NCBI GenBank assembly: GCA_964658305.1
Contig: OZ210885.1
Location: forward strand, 18,352,001-18,416,000
DNA from: Leptogorgia sarmentosa
Lineage: Eukaryota
DNA: 64,000 bases
Direction: 5' to 3'
Below the pieces are notes generated by a model. It saw only the letters and a list, made by a program, of their open reading frames with translations. It made no database searches and was not told the DNA's origin. This document shows positions 52,970 through 64,000 of this stretch, one piece after another; within the stretch, counting starts at the first letter, position 1; each line of letters opens with the position of its first letter. The translations under genes were made by a program, and so were the position numbers.

Positions 52970-52970
<1 letters not shown>
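50861..52970 (+). mobile_element. Penelope-like element (RT + GIY-YIG), one frameshift
   Basis: GRPI, SLDV.NLYGSIP, GLAMG, RFIDD, LPFLD; VVYKI.C..C..VYIGETGR..R.KEH; flanked by (TA)n. Confidence 0.9.
52850..52889 (+). ncRNA. Minimal hammerhead ribozyme of the Penelope element
   Basis: TTTCCA-CTGAAGA-aGCC(gtaaca)GGC-GAAACGTT-TGGAAA. Confidence 0.75.
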
Positions 52971-53021
<51 letters not shown>

Positions 53022-53024
53022 ATA

Positions 53025-53209
53025 TTTAGTAGAATCAGAGATCAAACATGAAAATATTGCAAAAAATAATTTAAAACCGCGTCTCAGAAGACATTTTCTT
53101 TAACGAAAATTCACATATTTTGCTACTCGCTATCTATCGAAGAATAGATATCGAGTAGAGTAGCCAATCAAATTGCAGCATATGCAATAGTATACGAGTA
53201 TGATTCTAC

Positions 53210-53213
<4 letters not shown>
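53025..53213. mobile_element. Small MITE in (TA)n
   Basis: 13-bp TIR TTTAGTAGAATCA/TGATTCTACTAAA. Confidence 0.55.
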
Positions 53214-53241
<28 letters not shown>

Positions 53242-54390
53242 CTAGTTTTATGCTTTGAATGAAGACATGATTCTATACAATTAATAATTCAACTATATAT
53301 ATTTAATTCCCATAATTGGATGTTTCATATAGTACTTGAAACTGAGCAAACAGTATGTTAAATGTTTTCAGAAGGAAAAAGACATGATGCTGAGGATGTC
53401 GGAACTTCTTGATAAACTGGAGGAACATTGTAACACAGTACTTGGTGAACCCCTATGCATTTATGGTGACCCTGCATATCCATTGAGGAGGCACTTTCAG
53501 AGGCCATATCAGTATAATAACCTCACTGCTCAACAAACCGAGTTCAACTGTTCTACGAGTTCTGTACGGGTTGGTGTTGAATGGGTTTTTGGGGACATTG
53601 TAAATTATTTCAAATTTCTTGATTTTAAAAAGAATTTGAAAATTGGACTGAGTACAGTTGGTAAAATATATTCTGTGTGTGCCCTATTAAGAAATGCTCT
53701 GACCTGTCTTTATGGTTCAAATACCAGTTCTTTTTTTCAAGTGAATCCTCCCACTTGGCAAGAATATTTCCAAGTAAATTAGGATAAGATGTTGACGCTT
53801 GATTTATCTGTACAAAATTGACCAGTAAAAGTGCATATACCAGGTATAATGTATAATAATCATAGTTAAATATGCAAATTGATGCATTCATTGAGCATTA
53901 TATGATGGTCCAATTTTGAAGAGCAGTACCACTTTCAATAATAATAAACTTCATCTCTTGATTTATTCGATTTACCATCAAATTCCATGGTATGATTATT
54001 GACATGAATTAGATGATTATATTGTTTTCTCATTCTTGTCAGTTGTTACCATTATCGGCTGCCTTATGATTTTGCCAGGCATTAAATATGAAGATTGTAA
54101 CTTTTTGAACAATTTATTTAACATTGTATTTCATTGAAGTAATTCTCTATTTATTGAACATTGTTATATATTAAAATTGATATTTATTGAACATAATTGT
54201 ATTTAATTGAATAATAATATTTACTTGAACACTGTAATTTTTGAACAATAATTCATTGAAAGCATTTGTAATTAAATTATTTTATAAACTTAAATAATAA
54301 ATTTGAATGTTAAAATCCAGAATGTTTTATCACAGTTGTAATTTATGATTCAAGTATGGTCATAAAAAACACAATTGTCTAAAATTGTTT

Positions 54391-54540
54391 ATTTATTTAA
54401 GTTCTTGGTGATTTCTGCCAATGTGTTTAGGATGGACATGGTAACAGCCTGTTGTTGTTGCTGTTGTTCTATCATAGCCCTCTGGTTATCTCGTCATTCT
54501 CTTCACTGTGCCGTCTTTTTGTCTCGCCAATCCTCTCTGT
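54391..54540 (-). pseudogene. Remnant of Harbinger second (Myb/SANT-type partner) ORF C-terminus
   Basis: ERIGETKRR...MIEQQQQQQAVTMSILNTLAEITKNLNK*, convergent with the transposase. Confidence 0.45.
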
Positions 54541-56920
54541 TGCCTTTTTATAGTCACACGTATATTACACATACGAGTTTGGAAGTTTACATTTAAATAC
54601 AGGATGTATGAAAAAAACTGAGCAGATTTGAAATTGTTCTCAACTTCAAGAAATGAAAGAAATGTTTCAGCTTAAGGAAAGATCTGGTTAGCTTTTCCTG
54701 GTAGGATTAGAAAGATGGCGACATCAGCAATAAAAATTAGGATTAAAAAATGCCGACATCAGCAATAAAAATCCTTCAAACTCCTTAACTCGAGACAGGA
54801 TAATTGCATCGACCTGAAATTTGCTATGAATAGTTGTTATTATGGCATGCGAAACATAGACAGCCAGGTTTAATAGTCAGAGACTAATAAAGAAAAGCAA
54901 TCCAATGAAGCCACAGTTTGTACCACACAAGTTAAGGAGAAGACAAGTTGCATTCAGCTAGTTTGGTTACATTTTAATAAAAAGGAAAACCGTTACATTC
55001 ATTTACGAACAACGAGTGGGGGAGGAACAAGGAATATGGATTTCCCTGCTGCATACACAAAAGAGAAAGTTCGGCAAGCAGCCATTGTTTTTTTTTGAAA
55101 ATGGACAGTTGAAGTTTGGCTTTGCGACTGACATGGAGTTTGACATTGCAAACTTTAAAATGGAGAAAGTGAATGATGTGTTAAAATATAATGGGAGCGA
55201 AAATCCATTTACCATACAAGGGTATTTCCAGTGCTACTAGCTTTCTAGGGCACCTCTCTATCTGATGTCTAAAGATAAGAATCTTGAAGTGACGAATAGT
55301 GAAACAAAGGTAAGATGTCCCATGTGCGAGTAAAAATTCTTTGGCACAACTTGTGAGCAGTGATTTTAATTTGAATTCAGTAATATATTTTAACATCACT
55401 GTGTCTGAATTTCTTTTCAATTGTATTTACAGGTTGAGTTATTAACTAGTACACCTAGGCTAACGTCATGCTAGGTGTATCAGAATATACAACTCCTCTT
55501 AAACAAATTTCGCGGCAACTAAAATATTATCAAGAAATATCACGAAATTTCGGTGCGTGCATGTTAAACCAAACACTCCATTCAGCTAGGTCATTCTTAA
55601 AATTCGTATATCACTAAACCAACCTCATTTCATAATATTACTCATAACAAAAAATTATATGTGAACAATTCATATTCATTACAATAATATTACAGAATCC
55701 AAAGATATAATGATTGAGATAGTGATTTTTCCTCTACAAATATAGGTTATGCATGTACAATGTACTATGTGCAGTTGTGTACAATTATGTACGATGCATG
55801 TTTTGCTTTGTGTTTAAGGTGAATACATTTGATGATGCTTTTGATGATATTTTTGACCAAGAAAACGAATTTGAAAGTATATCTGACAATCCACGAGATT
55901 TCTCTTCCATTGTCAACGAAAGTACTAATGCCAGCCAGCTAATAGGTACGTTGGATGAACGAGACGCATTTTTCAGAGAACTTCAGGACAAAGATCGGAA
56001 GTAGCCGACCAAGAGTAGGTTCGTAAAACCGAGTGGGAAACAAGAGAAACACAACGGCGTGAAGGACTTCGTTTATCCTGTCAAGCAAGAGTCTTTCCTG
56101 AGGTAGAGATAGATGACCCAAGTCACATGTTAATTTGTGTACGCCATGTTTCTTTTGGTGTTGTCACAGGCATTTAAAAAAGAATGGACAGTTTCAGCAG
56201 TATATGATTGGATAGGATCTCTGTCTCCAAAACCGGAGCATTTTTGAAGTCACTGGTGGCGCTACAATAACGACTGCACAGCCATTTAGATTAGAACAAG
56301 TAAGTTGCATTCCGCCACAAGAGCTGCTATCGGGGGATGCACATAATGATGACACCAACGTTTCATGCACACGACTACAAGAAATTCGTGAAACAGAACT
56401 GGACAAAATGCATGACACATGTGTTGTTATCATCGACAAGAGTCGGATCATCAACGAAGTGCTGAAACTGTACGAGGATGAAGAGTTGATTGCAAAGCGA
56501 TTGTCTGTTACCTTTACGGATGCTCATGCAACTGGGAGTGGCCCCCAACGAGAATTGTTCTCAGAATTCTGGAATGCATTTTTGTCTGAAAATGGCAATG
56601 GTTACCGACAGTTCACCTTTTGTGTTCATCCAAACTTCCCATTGGAGCATTATCCAATTTTGGGTCAGATAATCATGCACCAATTCCTTCTTTGTGGCAC
56701 GTTTCCAGTTCAGCTAGCACGAGCGTGTTTCGAACAAATCATGACAGGGACTGGAGAAGACGATAACGAGTGCTTGATCCAGTCATTTCTTTCACTCCTT
56801 CCTCCTGGTGAGGAACAAATTTTGGCAAATGCCCTGAGTGGTGGTAATTTTGACCAAAATGAAATAATTGATATTCTTTCAGAGTTTGAGGTGCATGTTC
56901 TACCCACACCTTCCAACATC

Positions 56921-59900
56921 CAGGGCCGCCCAGAGGGGGGGGGCAAATGGGGCAATTTGCCCTGGGCCCCCGGCTTGTTGGGGCCCCCAACGAGATTTTG
57001 CAATCGCAACTTCGACTTCAACATACGCACATGAAGCTCATTTAACTACTTCTACATTAGTATAGGTATAATCCAAGAATATAACAAATTTCCATAAGTC
57101 ATAGTGATTTATGGAGTTCTGTATTTACTGCATGTAAACGATATCTTCCCAAATTGCATATTATACAGTGAAGTGGAGAGATTGTGACTATTATATATTA
57201 TATGCAGCGCATGGGTCAGTTGCAAGTTGCACTTACAACCTGCAGCTGCAGTTTGTTCTGTATTGTCTAGCGCAAATGCAACTAAAAATAAAAATGGCGT
57301 CCAAACGATCATATTTGCGTAAACAACGCGAAGCCCGACTTGAAAATGAAGCAAAGACAAGGCGAACACTGGAAGATCTTAACTGGTGTATAAAAACACT
57401 GGGAATAACGAAACTAACTCTAATTTACATAACCAGGGACAAGAAGGCAAAACTAGTAATATATCTGACTATTCTACGTTAAATACAAGTGGGAGCTCAA
57501 CTGAAAATCAGGAATCATCAATAGATCAACCAGTATATAATATGGGTGATAATGAAGGTCGATCATGTCCGCAACGTGAAAGACGGAATGAGAAAAATAG
57601 CGTTGGAATCGTCACAAACACAGGTTCCGTATCTGAAAATGAACTTTCTAGTACTAGTGGGCTCACAGATCCGCCTACTACACCAATACTAGTGATACCA
57701 GTAAATAATCCTTCGACATGGAGAGGTTTAACAAATATGCAGAAAGAAACAATTGTTCGAAAAGGCACTCCCGATAATTCCCAGTGTTTCCCACATGATA
57801 GTTCAGGACGCTGTTTCCCAACAAGCATATTTTTTAAAGACTTGCCGAACGGCGAGAAAGTAAAAAGAGATTGGCTTGTATGGAGTTCATCTACACAATG
57901 ACTATTTTGCTTTGCTTGCTGTTTATTTCAAGATGAATCAATATCACAGGCTTCACAGCAGGAAAAAAGGTCACAACTAACAACAAGTGATGCAGGAGTC
58001 AAGGACAATTGGAGGAAATTGTACGAAAAGATTGAGCCACACCAGCGAAGTTCTGCTCATATCACCTGCTATTTAACTTGGAAAGATCTAGAGAAAAGCC
58101 TGAATGAATCGGTTGGAATTGATAATAGTCTTCAAAAACAATATGCTACTGAGATGAGAAAATGGCAAGAGGTGTTTAGATGCATTTTAGATGTCGTTTT
58201 GTTTTTGTCTGAAAGAAATCTTCCATTTCGTGGCTCCACCACTAAATTAGATGATCCAAACAATGGACTTTTTCTTGGGAATTTGGAGCTACTTAGTAGT
58301 CATAACCAAGTGCTTAAAATGCACCTCAATGAAGTAAAAAGAAACCAAGAGACTGAAACTCAAATGCGAGCACACTACCTGTCATGGCGTTCACAGAATG
58401 AATTCATTCAAGAGTGTGCAAAGATTGTAATTAATGCCATTATTGATGAAGTAAAGAAGGCACTTTACTACAGCATTATTGTTGATGGTACACCAGACAC
58501 ATCACATACTGAACAGATTACATTTATTCTAAGGTATGCGCATCTACATGAGGAAAATCTCTGGGAAGTCTCCGAACGATTTTTACAGATGGAAGACTGT
58601 GAGAAGAAGAAAGGGTGTGATATTGCAGAGTTGATATGTAAAGTACTTAAAGAACACAACATCCCGTTAAAAAACTGTAGAGGGCAAGGATATGACAATG
58701 AATCAAATATGTCAGGATGTTACAAGGGAGCTCAATCATTAATACGGGAAAAGAATCCCCAAGCTGTTTTCTGTCCTTGTAGTGCACACACCCTTAATCT
58801 TTGTGGAGTTCATGCAGCTGAGTCCAATAATGTCGTGAAAAATTTTTTTGGGAATATACAAAAACTGTACAATTTATTTAGTTGCAGTCCATCTCGCTGG
58901 AAAATTTTGCAAGAAATTGCTCATATTTCGTTGCATAAATTGTCGGTTACACGGAGTGCTAGAATCGAGGCTGTAAAACCACTAGTGAAGAAGCCCAGAG
59001 AAATTTTGGAAGCTTTAGAAAGCCTAAACGAACACGACTTGCCCGGTGATTTGTGGAATGATGTGGAATCTCTCAGCAAATGGCTACGGTCATTTGAATA
59101 TACTTTACTGGTTACGTTTTGGTTTAAAATATTACAAGCCATTAATGATGTTAGCCTGTTGCTTCAAGGTTCTGGAATTACGCTTGACGAAGAATTGCGT
59201 CTTATCAAATCTCTCCAAGAAGATTTAAAGCACATTCGTGAAGCATGGGCTGTTATCCTTGAGGAATCAAAGCTTGTCGCTGGTGCTTTAGGTCTTAATG
59301 AACAGTTTCAGGAAAAACGACGACGAATTCGCAAGGCATTTTTTGATGAAAACCATGATAACGAATGGGCAGTACAAGGTGACGAAGAACTCTTCAGAAT
59401 AAATGTCTTTAATGTCACTTTAGACACAGTAATTGGTGAAATGACGCGCAGATTTCAAACAAGTGAACAATTGAACAACATGTTTTGCTTCCTTTGGACT
59501 CTTTCCAATATAACTGAGAACTCACACCAGTCGGAGCATGTCGAAAGTACTTGCAAAAGCTGTTGTCATGATCTCTCAAAATTCTATCCGAATGATCTTA
59601 ATGGGGACCAAATCTTTGAAGAACTCCGTCTACTAAATAAACTAAAACAGAATGATAATTTGGTTGGTAAATTGTCATCTCTTCAGTTGCTTAACAAGAT
59701 TTACGAGAAAGGACTTCAAAGCATATTTCCACAGATTTGTGTTGCCCTAAGGATCTTTGTGAGCATACCAGTGCCAGCCGCTAGCGGAGAACGGTCTTTT
59801 AGTAAACTAGCCATTGTAAAGAATTGTCACCGATCTACAATGGGGCAAGAACGTCTTTCTGGACTAATTACACTTTCTTCAGAGCGTGATATAGCACAAA

Positions 59901-60121
59901 AGATCAACTATGACACAGTAATTGAAGCATTTGCTTCGAGGTGTGCACGAAAAGCAAGAATATGAATTTCGTCCGTATACAAGTAAAGCCGAATTACCTT
60001 ATTGTTCAGTTAAATATATGCAGATTTTTGTGTTGTTTTAGTGTGTTTTTTCGGGGGAGGGGCTGAGGGGGCCCCAAGGAAAATTTTGCCCCGGGCCCCA
60101 AAAGTTGTCTGGGCGGGCCTG
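56921..60121 (+). mobile_element. Full-length hAT transposon
   Basis: CAGGGCCGCCCAGA...TCTGGGCGGGCCTG TIRs; perfect 8-bp TSD CCAACATC. Confidence 0.95.
57295..59965 (+). pseudogene. ZMYM1-like hAT transposase (TTF finger, DUF4371, hATC dimerisation); frameshift ~57385 and stop at 57899
   Basis: RDWLVWS..FCFACCLF, IIVDGTPD, RGQGYDN, CSAHTLNL, ASGERSFSKL. Confidence 0.85.
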
Positions 60122-60899
60122 CCAACATCACCTCCATTATTATTCAAGTAGCCAAGTCTGAACTTATCCACAAACCATACATAGCTTTGAAGAAAATACA
60201 GGAGACGATGCCTCAGTTTTGGAAAACTCTCACATGCAGAAATCAAGGCGACGTACCAGCTTACATGCCCATCGAGAGAAAACGTGTTGAGGGTTTTGTC
60301 AAGCAAACCTGTAGATAGTACTGAAGAGAAAGTTTTCCGTTGGCTTTGCCGATATGTAAAGGAATCTGACGGTGACATATTGTTGAATCTTGTGCGATTT
60401 GTCACAGCAAGTAATGTGATTATTCCAGGTGAATACATCTCGGTTAGATATGAGCCAATGCCTCTGCTGGCGATGCGACCTAAATCAAAAACGTGTTTTA
60501 AGATCCTTGTACTTCCAAAGTCTTATAATATGTTTCGAAACATGAAAGATAATTTAGATTTCTATTTACGAAACCAGTCAGAATGGGACCTTGAAGACTG
60601 ACTGGAACAAGGAATTGTAATTAATGTTTATTGCTAACTTCATATTGTGTTTTGTTGTTGTTAAATTACGAAACGAGAACGACAATAGAGATTGCTACTT
60701 AAGAAATCTGACAAACTGACTGTGACAAGAATGAACTGTAAAGTTAATGTTTGAGTTTCTTTTTATATTAGACGACGAGTATGCTAGCTATTTATTTCGA
60801 GAAGCTTAACTGTGTCGCATCTTAAGTCGCGTATATTTGTATGCCTGAATCGTGAAAAATTAAATTAACACTGTTTACATAATTCCACTCTGGTGGGAC

Positions 60900-63800
60900 T
60901 GTACTGGGATGCAGTAAGAAACAAACCCGAACGCGAACCCGTAAACGAGATTTAACACGACACAGTAAACAAACAACCACACGGACTAAACTTTACAATA
61001 AATGAAATATAGTTGTCTTTAATATATGTCGGTAAAACACTGTTTTAGGTACAAATCAGCAATGGCGGACCTTTTATCGAATGTCTTTTCCAAACTCACG
61101 TGACCCTCTGTTTGGCGCGATAGCGCGAAACACGTGTGTTGCCACGAAGCTAAATTAAGTGACTAAATATAAACAAATGTAAACGTAGTTCGAAAGTACA
61201 TGTTCAATGAATCTTTGTCTTGATACGACTACAACCAAAACGTTCTTTTACTTGTTTGACTCGAGTTTCGCTTGATCATATTCCACCGGCACCAAGAGGG
61301 CTAAACGATGAACGCTACGGGATACGACTACTTCTTCACACGCTGTATGTTCATGGTTTCTTTCGCCAACTTTAAAGTTCTTATACTTGACTAGCGCTCT
61401 TCGCACTTTTCCATCCTTTCCTGTGACTACTTCTTTGATCATTCCCAGACGATAGTCTCCTTTTATCGGGCTCTTATCGGCTATTAGAACGACATCTCCT
61501 GGACTAAGGTTATGGGTGGGATTTGTCCACTTGTATCTGGTCACCAACGCGGGTGCACACAACTCTCGTCCAGAATTCATTCGTGACTGTTTGAACGAGA
61601 CGATAACGACTGGTAATGTGCTGTTTGGTAGGCTGCCAATTACCCGGATTCTTTGCGCAAGCACAACCCAACAAGAGTGTATTCGGAGTGAGGATGTTCA
61701 GGTTTGAGTCCACACCGGGCAGTGTACCAATTGGTCATTCGTTGATCAAGTTAGCCGCTTCATAACATACTGTGAGAAATTCAGGAACCGAGAGACGCTT
61801 GTTGTGTACTGCAAAATGGATCGCTCTCTTGGCTGCCTTAACTAATGCCTCGACTTTTCCTTGGTTCCATGGGCTGTCAGCCGGTCCGAACAACCATGTT
61901 AGACCATTCTGTGCACCGTCTTTGTGCAACTCTTCACGATCAATCTGATTCCAAGCCTCTTTCAATTCCCGTTGTGAACCTGGGTCGCTGTAAATGGTTG
62001 TTGGCCAGCCACGGATGCTAGCGAATCTACTCAACGCCATCAAGAACGATTGGGTATCGTAGCCGTATACCGCTTCGATATGCACAGCTCCAACAACTAG
62101 ATCAGCGAAAATAACGCCATATGCCTTTCCACTGACACGTTTCTGAACTTCTCCTTTCACTACGTAAGGACCGAACATATCAAGCATGACATGTGTAAAA
62201 GGAGGAGCTGGATGTAGGCGGGCTTCTGGAAGTTGACCCATGGATTGTTGAAGAAGCTTTGCTTGTCGGAGCTTGCACAACTGGCAATTCTGCTTGACTT
62301 TCTGGGCTAATTTACTGCCTTGAGGGACCCAATACTCCTGTCTGAATTTCGCCAGGGTTGCATCTCGCCCCGTATGTCCTTGTTGATGAGCTCTGCGCAT
62401 CAGAAGACGGGTGACACGATGTGAAGATGGCAGCAGTTTCTGCAGAGATGAATCCAGTGTCATAGGATTGTACTGGTCCAGGCGTTCGCCCACTAGCCAT
62501 AGTCCATTTACACTCAGGACAGGATTGAGGGTCGCATACTGTCCTCCCTTTCGTCCTTTCTGATCTGTTTTAGCTAATTCTTCCTTCATAGTCTTCTGGA
62601 CATCCTTTGCAATGAAATTCTCTGCGTCTCGTAACAGTTGCGCTGAAATTGACATCGTCCTTCCCCCGCTGAATGATTTATTTTGAAAGATGGCCTTGAT
62701 TCGGGCGATGACCCATATGGCCTTGTTGATATCGCTGTATCTTTCATAGTCCATTAGGGAGGGACTGGCTGTCGTAGTCGACGCGTTGTGGATCTTCTTT
62801 TCTGCGGGAAGACACTCTTCCTTTTGGGAGCCGAACTTTAGACCCCATTCTTCCACTGGTTGATACAAAATCAAGGGACCGTTCCACCATTGTGAATTTT
62901 CATCAAGGTCTTGTGGACATCGTCCTCTGGTCAACCAGTCGGCTGTATTATTTTTGCCGGACATCCACGCCCAGCAACTCACATCACTAACCTTACGCCT
63001 TCGTACACTTTGAATCGCGTGCTCGTCTTGTTTATCATATTGAGAACCGTTTCGGAATCAACAATCTGGAGGACTCGCTCAAATTGGAATCTCATTTCTC
63101 GTTCGATTACTTTTCTTCCTCTTTTTGACAAGCCGGCTGCATTCAATTCCATCTGGGAAGTTGATAGCTTGGTCACGGGAGCAACTCGACTCTTCGCCAT
63201 TATTAATCGACACCAGGGTTTACCATCTGATAACTCCCACCGAATGTATGCCACGAAACCGTAAGCGGCATTGCTACCGTCACTAAGTATTACCAACCAC
63301 GGGTTGCCCACCCCATCCGGGGGTCGAAGGCACCTTTGCAGACTCAGCTTTTCCAATTCGAACAGGGAAATGAAGAATTTTACCCACTTGGCACGAAGAT
63401 CATCGGGTAGTTGGTCGTCCCATCCAAGGTTGCGGGACCAGGTTTCTCTTAGGTAAATCTTTCCGATGAGGGTAAATGGGCTAACCAGGCCGAGGGGGTC
63501 GTAGATTTTCATCACCTGCTGTAAAACGATTCGCTTGGTCAAGACTTCTGGCACAGCTTTCGGTAGATCAACTAACTTCAGATTTGGTCCCGTGCGTACT
63601 CCACGTTTCTTTTGGCTGAAATTAAGGGTTACTTCATAAGCAATGACATCTTCCTTGGGTCTCCATCCCACACCCAGGACACGAAGGTTCGTGTGTGTTC
63701 CCTTCAGCAACGGCCGTTCTCGCAACAGGTCCTTAGACACGTTCTCTTTCCCTAACGCTTCGCTTAATTCGGGACCGGACCGAGTTTTTTCCTCTCCGCT

Positions 63801-64000
63801 AAATTGCCAACACTTCACTTCGAAGCCTCCTTTGGCTAACATGTTCTCTGTGTCATGTGCTAGATTCAACGCGTCGGACTTGTTAGATCGGGAATCAATC
63901 AGGTCATCAACGTAGCTGGACTTCTTTAGTAGCTCTGCAGCTTCCGGGCTATCTTCTTTGAATAAGTTCGCAGTCTTGTAAACAGCCTCCGTGCTAATCG
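60900..64000 (-). mobile_element. BEL/Pao retrotransposon 3' part (RT end, RNase H, integrase, probable LTR ~60900-61190)
   Basis: YVDD near 63910, IYDPLGL, SDGS..AYG, KSRVAP, HTGRD, CQLC, DMFGP, SDPGS, LTPN.LL.G, RSVHRL. Confidence 0.9.

Larger units (their letters stand above)
49790..53782 (+). pseudogene. PIF/Harbinger (HARBI1-like) transposase, 2 exons, intron ~50453-53371
   Basis: NCWGFVDGT, YNGHKRVHAIK, EGKRHDA, IYGDPAYP, SSVRVGVEWVFG; premature stops. Confidence 0.85.
55010..60601 (+). pseudogene. Second HECT E3 ligase gene (UBX-like segment + HECT) disrupted by hAT insertion
   Basis: TVSAVYDWIGSLS; V.F....A.GSGPQRELFSEFW; frame resumes after 60121 to LVRFVT..RPKSKTCFK.L.LP. Confidence 0.7.

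Noticed and set aside
54598..54860. Tc1/mariner-like MITE end (TACAGGATGT...)
   Set aside because: No matching second TIR found
49639..60835. Single Harbinger element enclosing the second HECT gene
   Set aside because: Could not match a right TIR/TSD to the candidate left end near 49639

Overview
Transposon-dense eukaryotic (animal, probably invertebrate/cnidarian-like; inference) DNA with no prokaryotic features. In order: right half of a Kolobok transposon (spliced DDE transposase plus a convergent KolX/P2X7-ballast-like gene); MITEs; an intact 6-exon HECT E3 gene followed by a 19-bp tandem array that is split by a 2-kb foldback element and ends in an IS3EU-like terminus; a decayed CR1/L2 LINE; BEL gag remnants; a hAT MITE; an alternating U2/U1 snRNA array; a 5.9-kb Zator-like transposon with a second SAM-domain gene; ~7.6 copies of an ~877-bp satellite from a Helitron-type deubiquitinase region; L2, Gypsy, Harbinger (Penelope nested in its intron), a second HECT gene split by a hAT transposon, and a BEL pol. 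The most striking structure is the snRNA array. One U2 gene is split by two different site-specific insertions: a Tx1 LINE at U2 nt 22-26, and an RT-less 1.9-kb element with a 20-bp target duplication that encodes one unfamiliar C2H2 protein. A second U2 copy carries a third insertion at the same site as the RT-less element.
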